DNA of 52,154 bases from contig DAHUYR010000036.1 of NCBI GenBank assembly GCA_027315135.1, positions 1-52,154 of the forward strand. Direction: 5' to 3'. Position numbers and translations under genes: made by a program. The DNA comes from Candidatus Micrarchaeota archaeon (lineage in GTDB: Archaea; Micrarchaeota; Micrarchaeia; Micrarchaeales; CABMGC01). Below are positions 49,356 through 52,154 of this stretch, one piece after another. Numbering within the stretch: the stretch's first letter is position 1; each line of letters begins with the position of its first letter. The notes below the pieces were generated by a model. That model saw only the letters and a list, made by a program, of their open reading frames with translations. It was not told the DNA's origin and made no database searches.

Positions 49356-50282
49356 ATGGAACTGAAGAACAAAGAGATAATAGTGACAGGAGGAGCTGGA
49401 TTCATCGGAAGCAACCTAGTTTCCGTTCTTGCAAAGGACAACAGCGTTACTGTAATCGATAACATGCACACTGGGACCGAGGCCAACCTTGCGGAAGACA
49501 TAAAGGAAAACAATGTAAAACTGCTCAAGGCTGACGCAAAAGAAATAAATAAGGCAAACGTAGATCCAGATTACATATTCCATCTAGGAATGTACTCTTC
49601 CACTCCTATGTACAAAGAAAACAATAACAGGGTAAATGAAGTTGTCAACGGCGCAATTAATGTCTTCAAATACTCGATAGAAAAGAATGCAAAGACTGTA
49701 TTCATTTCATCGTCATCGCTTTACAACGGTCTGCAGATGCCATACTCTGAGGATCTGCTGCCAAAAGTGACTGATTTTTACACAGAGGCGAGATACTATG
49801 TGGAAAGACTCGCCGAGCTTTATAGCAAGCTTCACGGACTCGACGCCACTGGCATAAGACTCTTTTCAGTATATGGCAAGAGAGAGGAGAACAAGAAACA
49901 GTATGCCAATCTGGTAACACAGTTCATATGGGCACTAAAGGACAACGGTCCGGCAGTAATATACGGGGACGGAAGCCAGACAAGGGACTTCACAAACGTT
50001 TCAGACGTTGTAAGGGCAGCAATACTCGCATCATCATACAAAGGATATGATATATTCAATGTAGGCACTGGTAAGAGCTACTCCCTGAACGACACGGTTG
50101 CAAAAATAAACAAACTTTCTGGAAAGGAGCTTAAGGTGCAGCATATTCCAAACAAGATAAACAACTACGTAGCACATACGCTTGCAGACACAAGAAAATC
50201 AAAAGAGAAGTTGGGATTCGAGGCAAAGGTTAATGTGGATGAAGGAATAAAGGAACTCCTCGCACACTACAACATAGTCTGA
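49356..50282 (+). CDS. NAD-dependent sugar-nucleotide epimerase/dehydratase
   Basis: VTGGAGFIGS, SSSSLY, YTEAR (YxxxR variant), RLFSVYG, GDGSQTRDF. Confidence 0.92.
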   Translation: MELKNKEIIVTGGAGFIGSNLVSVLAKDNSVTVIDNMHTGTEANLAEDIKENNVKLLKADAKEINKANVDPDYIFHLGMYSSTPMYKENNNRVNEVVNGAINVFKYSIEKNAKTVFISSSSLYNGLQMPYSEDLLPKVTDFYTEARYYVERLAELYSKLHGLDATGIRLFSVYGKREENKKQYANLVTQFIWALKDNGPAVIYGDGSQTRDFTNVSDVVRAAILASSYKGYDIFNVGTGKSYSLNDTVAKINKLSGKELKVQHIPNKINNYVAHTLADTRKSKEKLGFEAKVNVDEGIKELLAHYNIV

Positions 50283-50455
50283 TCTCCGAACACACTCTTT
50301 ATTTTAACTATATTCTTTACAGGCCTGGCATAGGTATTGCTGCAGGTGCCAGGAGTATTTATTACCAGCTGCAGTATCTACATGCAGATCTGCTGTTATC
50401 AAACCCTGAAAAGCAGATATAAATATTCCTATGCAAAGAGAATTGTGACGAATGC

Positions 50456-51448
50456 ATGAAACAAGCAAAGCGCCATAAAAAAGCAGTTTCAAAACACAGA
50501 TCGGCAAGGAGAAAAACAGTCGTAAATCACGCCGCTCAGCCAAAGCTATCCCGGGCACTTGACCTAGAAGAACTCCTTGTCAAAAGCCTTCTCAATCAAT
50601 CAAAGGGGCTTAAGGATGGGATAGTTGTTGAAGACCTTATATACTCGCTAACTCCGAAGCTGGCAAGAACGGCATATAACTTCGGTTATTCCATAGGCAG
50701 GAGCATATTTGCAAACTCCCAAAGATGGGAAAATACACTGATACCTGCTCTCGGAAGACTCGGTTTCAGGTACATAAAATACTATCCGTTTAGGGATGCA
50801 CTTGCGATAAGCCTAGAATCAAGGAATCCTGGTATTACCAACATAGGTGCAAGGATACATTCGTTCGAATCTGGGATAATTGCGGGCTATCTGTCAGCAC
50901 ATTCTGGAGAGGCAATAAATACTGTAGAGAAGGAATGCGTGTATCATGGCGATAAGGCATGCAGATTTGTTTCATACACAGGAAGAATACTGAGAGAAAG
51001 TTCATCGCCTTCATTGGAGGACGTAATAGACGCTATTGCAACAAGCATGCGAGAGATAAAATTCAGCAACAGGTCAGATACTGAGTATCATATGCTCCCT
51101 CTCATACTTATGACAAAACAGCCGCTGCGGAGTGAGGTTGCGAAGATATTTTATCTGACAGGCCTAGAACTTTCGCAAAGGCACCATAAGGAAGATATAG
51201 AAGACATACTGAGGAATATTGCAAGATACTTCGGGGTCACAAAGGAATCGGTATCAGTAGCTCCAAAGAATGCTACTGTTGAGCTGAATTACGCATATCA
51301 TAACTCAAATGCGGATTTTGTGGAATTGTCCACAGCGATGATACGGGGCGTCATAAAGGGCAGAACCTCAAAGGAGCCCAATGTATATATAAACGTTGAT
51401 AAAAATAAGAACTACGTTGTTGATATAACTACTGCGGTGCGCAAATGA
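50456..51448 (+). CDS. V4R-domain protein with a second degenerate V4R-like domain
   Basis: AYNFGYSIG...FESGIIAGYLS...EKECVYHGDKACRF; second half repeats the pattern (FYLTGLE...AMIRGVI) without the cysteines. Confidence 0.75.
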   Translation: MKQAKRHKKAVSKHRSARRKTVVNHAAQPKLSRALDLEELLVKSLLNQSKGLKDGIVVEDLIYSLTPKLARTAYNFGYSIGRSIFANSQRWENTLIPALGRLGFRYIKYYPFRDALAISLESRNPGITNIGARIHSFESGIIAGYLSAHSGEAINTVEKECVYHGDKACRFVSYTGRILRESSSPSLEDVIDAIATSMREIKFSNRSDTEYHMLPLILMTKQPLRSEVAKIFYLTGLELSQRHHKEDIEDILRNIARYFGVTKESVSVAPKNATVELNYAYHNSNADFVELSTAMIRGVIKGRTSKEPNVYINVDKNKNYVVDITTAVRK

Positions 51449-52154
51449 ACATTAAATCCTTAGACCCGCTGCTAAAGCTCATACCAGGCATAAAGAAGCC
51501 AGCCACGCCTCTGTCCTTCAGGGATAAGCTGAAATGGACTGCAGCAATAATGTGCGCTTACTTTATACTTTTCAGTACTCCTGCATACGGCGTAAACCTC
51601 TCAACGCTCCAGCAACCTGTGCTGCAGCTGATCAACGTGATATTTGCAGCAAGGACCGGAACGCTGATCACTGTAGGTATAGGTCCTATAGTGCTCTCAA
51701 GCATAATACTGCAGTTACTGCAGGGTTCAGGAGTATTCAACATAGACATGAATGATCCAGAACAAAAGGGCAGATTTCAGGCAATACAGAAGCTCGCTGC
51801 AATAACTATTGCAGTAGTTGAATCCTTCATATTCACATATACGGGATATGTCCCGCTAGCTGCTCCGGCATTCTTCGGAATAGTGGTGCTGCAGCTTGCA
51901 GTAAGCGCGATGATAGTGATATTCCTTGATGAAATGATGGTAAAGTACGGTCTTACCTCTGGCATAAACCTCTTCATAGCAGGAGGAGTGGCATATTCGA
52001 TAATAGCAGGAACGATAAACATTTTAGGAAACGAGGCTCTGCAGGCCATAGCTGCAGGAGGTGCAACTGCAATACCTAATGCAATACTTGCATTTGGCCC
52101 ATTATTCTTCTCAGTATTAGTCATGCTGGTTAGCATATACGCATACGACATAAA
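51445..52154 (+). CDS. secY: Preprotein translocase SecY, 3'-partial, absent from the ORF track
   Basis: Manual translation MNIKSLDPLLKLIPGIKKP...KLKWT...GTLITVGIGPIVLSSIILQLLQGSG...FQAIQK...FLDEMMVKYGLTSGINLFIAGG; ATGA overlap with the V4R stop. Confidence 0.93.
   Translation, partial: MNIKSLDPLLKLIPGIKKPATPLSFRDKLKWTAAIMCAYFILFSTPAYGVNLSTLQQPVLQLINVIFAARTGTLITVGIGPIVLSSIILQLLQGSGVFNIDMNDPEQKGRFQAIQKLAAITIAVVESFIFTYTGYVPLAAPAFFGIVVLQLAVSAMIVIFLDEMMVKYGLTSGINLFIAGGVAYSIIAGTINILGNEALQAIAAGGATAIPNAILAFGPLFFSVLVMLVSIYAYDI

Noticed and set aside
51534..52151. Short ORFs at the window end
   Set aside because: Alternative-frame or antisense shadows of secY.

Overview
Archaeal chromosomal window, mostly housekeeping genes. 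Gene content (PolD, exosome/proteasome superoperon, histone, ADP-forming acetyl-CoA synthetase, AglB, DUF929, a tRNA with a T-loop intron) suggests a DPANN archaeon, probably Micrarchaeota; this is inference. A ~12.4 kb island (9981-22392) holds three paralogous giant surface proteins built from YVTN-type beta-propellers inserted into Cys-paired Ig-like domains. They show conserved DNA scaffolds with variable loops, near-identical tracts shared between paralogs and a shared ~23 bp downstream direct repeat. Features missing from the ORF track and read from the sequence: a C/D-box guide RNA directly upstream of the histone gene (predicted to methylate C34 of tRNA-Leu(CAA)), tRNA-Arg(TCT) with a 14-nt BHB intron at 59/60, rpoP, and a partial secY coupled to a V4R gene. 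Other oddities: an Mrp/NBP35 ATPase lacking its CxxC in an operon with cdc6 and mre11, a tail-anchored tandem winged-helix protein, an N-terminally extended AglB, and a DUF929 (CxxC) plus CxC membrane protein pair. No CRISPR array, transposase, integrase or reverse transcriptase was recognised. All family assignments are by eye; no searches were run.
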